This document shows positions 61,358 to 64,000 of a stretch of DNA of 64,000 nt, in pieces. The DNA lies in contig NC_090347.1 in the NCBI RefSeq assembly GCF_035084215.1, forward strand, positions 25,668,001 to 25,732,000, written 5' to 3'. Each line of letters starts with the position of its first letter. Position 1 is the first letter of the stretch. This DNA comes from Heptranchias perlo. Its lineage: Eukaryota. Made by a program: the position numbers and the translations under genes. The notes beneath the pieces are model-generated. The model was given only the letters and a program-made list of their open reading frames with translations. It did not search any database and was not told where the DNA came from.

Positions 61358-61827
61358 ACAAGAAGCTCGACAACATCCAGGACAAAGCAGCCCGCTTGAT
61401 TGGCACCCCATCCACCACCCTAAACATTCACTCCCTTCACCACCGGCGCACTGTGGCTGCAGTGTGTACCATCCACAGGATGCACTGCAGCAACTCGCCA
61501 AGGCTTCTTCGACAGCACCTCCCAAACCTGCGACCTCTACCACCTAGAAGGACAAGAGCAGCAGACACATGGGAACAACACCACCTGCACATTCCCCTCC
61601 AAGTCACACACCATCCCGACTTGGAACTATATCGCCGTTCCTTCATCGTCGCTGAGTCAAAATCCTGGAACTCCCTTCCTAACAGCACTGTGGGAGAACC
61701 ATCACCACACAGACTGCAGCGGTTCAAGAAGGCGGCTCACCACCACCTTCTCAAGGGCAATTAGGGATGGGCAATAAATGCCGGCCTTGCCAGCGACGCC
61801 CACATCCCATGAACGAATAAAAAAAAA
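61358..61827 (+). mobile_element. Crack-like LINE 3' fragment
   Basis: Near identical to 44755-45218; poly(A)-like end. Confidence 0.9.
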
Positions 61828-61841
61828 CTGGCTGACCTACA

Positions 61842-63354
61842 ATATTCCAAAATTCTCTGGACTCGACAAAGGTCCTGGCAGATTGGAAAACTGCTAATGT
61901 AACACCCTTATTTAAAAAGGGTAGTAGGCAGAAGGCTGGAAATTATAGACCAGTCAGTCTAACATCTGTGGTGGGTAAAATTTTGGAGTCTATTATTAAG
62001 GAGACAGTAGCGGAACATTTGGATAAACATAATTTAATAGGACAAAGTCAGCATGGCTTTACGATGGGGAAGTCATGTCTGACAAATCTGCTTGAGTTCT
62101 TTGAGGACATAACGTACAGGGTGGATAAAGGGGAACCAGTGGACGTAGTGTATTTAGACTTCCAGAAGGCATTCGACAAGGTGCCACATAAAAGATTATT
62201 GCTCAAGATAAAGAATCACTGGATTGGGGGTAATATTCTGGCATGGGTGGAGGATTGGTTATCTAACAGGAAGCAGAGAGTTGGGATAAATGGTTCATTC
62301 TCGGACTGGCAACCAGTAGCCACAGGGGTCGGTGCTGGGTCCCCAACTCTTTACAATCTATATTAACGATTTGGAGGAGGGGACCGAGTGTAACATATCA
62401 AAGTTTGCAGATGATACAAAGATGGGAGGGAACGTAGAGAGTGAGGAGGACATTAAAAACCTACAGGGGGATATAGACAGGCTGGGTGAGTGGGCGGAGA
62501 TTTGGCAGATGCAATACAATATTGGAAAATGTGAGGTTATGCACTTTGGCAGGAATAATCAGAGAGCAAGTTATTATCTTAATGGCAAGAAACTGGAAAG
62601 TACTGCAGTACAAAGGGATCTGGGGGTCCTAGTGCAAGAAAATCAAAAGGTTAGTATGCAGGTGCAGCAGGTGATCAAGAAGGCCAACAGAATTTTGGCT
62701 TTTATTGCTAGGGGGATAGAATATAAAAACAGGGAGGTATTGCTGCAGTTATATAAGGTATTGGTGAGACCGCACCTGGAATACTGCATACAGTTTTGGT
62801 CTCCATACTTAAGAAACGACATACTTGCTCTCGAGGCAGTACAAAGAAGGTTCACTCGGTTAATCCCGGGGATGAGGGGCTGGACATATGAGGAGAGGTT
62901 GAGTAGATTGGGACTCTACTCATTGGAGTTCAGAAGAATGAGAGGCGATCTTATTGAAACATATAAGATTGTGAAGGGGCTTGATCGGGTGGATGCGGTA
63001 AGGATGTTCCCAAGGATGGGTGAAACTAGAACGAGGGGGCATAATCTTAGAATAAGGGGCTGCTCTTTCAAAACTGAGATGAGGAGAAACTTCTTCACTC
63101 AGAGGGTAGTAGGTCTGTGGAATTTGCTGCCCCAGGAAGCTGTGGAAGCTACATCATTAAATAAATTTAAAACAGAAATAGACAGTTTCCTAGAAGTAAA
63201 GGGAATTAGGGGTTACGGGGAGCGGGCAGGAAATTGGACATGAATTTAGATTTGAGGTTAGGATCAGATCAGCCATGATCTTATTGAATGGCGGAGCAGG
63301 CTCGAGGGGCCGATTGGCCTACTCCAGCTCCTATTTCTTATGTTCTTATGTTCA
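61842..63354 (+). mobile_element. Young 5'-truncated CR1 LINE
   Basis: ORFs 61968..62366 and 62332..63243 (RT); (TTCTTATG)n tail; candidate TSD TACA (61838-61841, 63355-63358). Confidence 0.97.
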
Positions 63355-63362
63355 TACAGAAA

Positions 63363-63380
63363 TGGCGAGTCAGGCAGGAG
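63363..63380 (+). promoter_or_regulatory. Primer binding site, tRNA-Arg type
   Basis: TGGCGAGTCAGGCAGGAG, 16/18 match to TGGCGAGCCAGCCAGGAG, 4 nt after ..TACA. Confidence 0.75.
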
Positions 63381-63433
63381 GTCAGGCGAAAGTGTGTAAC
63401 AAGGCAGACAGTGGTGCGGAGGAGGAATCTGCA

Positions 63434-64000
63434 ATGGAGGAAAGGTTGTCCACCTATGTGTGCGGCAAGGTAAATATCGCGAAAAAACGGGTGGGCGATA
63501 TGTTAAAGGCCGAGCGTCCCATAGATGCAGCCATCCAGTGGACAGCATGTAAACAGTGTAAGAAGGGTATCGAGAAGGCGGTCTGGCTCTTGTGTTTTAA
63601 AAAGCAGGTCCTAGTACTGGACCGTGCTGTAGCAGCGCAAGCAGCCAAGATTAAGCGGTTGACCCGAGAGTTGCAGGAAAAGACAGCAGCGGAAGGGGTA
63701 GCGGCGCTCCAGGCAATAAGCCAAGAAAAGGCGCAGATGGCAAGGGACCACCAGGCAAAGGTAGAGCGCTTGGAATACCAGATCGCTGAGCTCAAAAGTA
63801 GCGCTAGAGGTAGAATGGAACACCTGGAATACCAGGTCAGAGAGGCGAGAGGCAGAGAGGTTAGATTAATGGATAAGATCCACAGCCTCACGCAAGAACT
63901 AAAAGAGCAGGAGGAGAAAGTAGGCGAGGTAAAGGCAGCAAATAAGCTGGCCTGCGCCCAGAGGTTTGAAGACGCAGATCACGGCCCCTGCAGGCAAGAA
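63434..64000 (+). CDS. Gag-like ORF of an LTR retroelement (5' part, runs off window)
   Basis: 189 open codons from ATG 63434: MEERLSTYV..WTACKQCKK..VWLLCF, long coiled coil, ..DHGPCRQE. Starts ~53 nt after the PBS. Missing from the supplied ORF track because there is no stop codon in the window. Confidence 0.75.
   Translation, partial: MEERLSTYVCGKVNIAKKRVGDMLKAERPIDAAIQWTACKQCKKGIEKAVWLLCFKKQVLVLDRAVAAQAAKIKRLTRELQEKTAAEGVAALQAISQEKAQMARDHQAKVERLEYQIAELKSSARGRMEHLEYQVREARGREVRLMDKIHSLTQELKEQEEKVGEVKAANKLACAQRFEDADHGPCRQE

Noticed and set aside
63454-63891. 145-aa hydrophobic minus-strand ORF
   Set aside because: Antisense of the charged coiled-coil gag-like ORF on the plus strand.

Overview
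Eukaryotic, repeat-dominated genomic DNA, most likely from a cartilaginous fish (inferred from HER1-type CR1 LINE tails, SacSINE1/Deu-type SINEs and Penelope-derived repeats). The only host gene I can support is at the left edge on the minus strand: three phase-1-linked exons (signal peptide, IgV-like, IgC-like) of a B7-family-like immunoglobulin superfamily gene, whose remaining exons presumably lie outside the window. Its V domain lacks the canonical F-strand cysteine and carries extra cysteines. The rest is a mosaic of nested mobile elements: CR1 LINEs (one near full length, with esterase ORF1, APE and RT), a second Jockey-group LINE family, L2 and Vingi remnants, tRNA-derived SINEs, four large PIF/Harbinger transposons (HARBI1-like transposase and/or a spliced Myb/SANT-like gene) with derivatives, two LTR elements with tRNA-Arg primer binding sites, and Penelope-like elements. 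The most notable signal is a set of ~200-bp palindromic Penelope-derived insertions with 12-13-bp target site duplications and minimal hammerhead-ribozyme-like motifs; one of them encloses a foreign Myb-like fragment. Family names come from motif recognition only, no database search was run, and boundaries of decayed elements are approximate.
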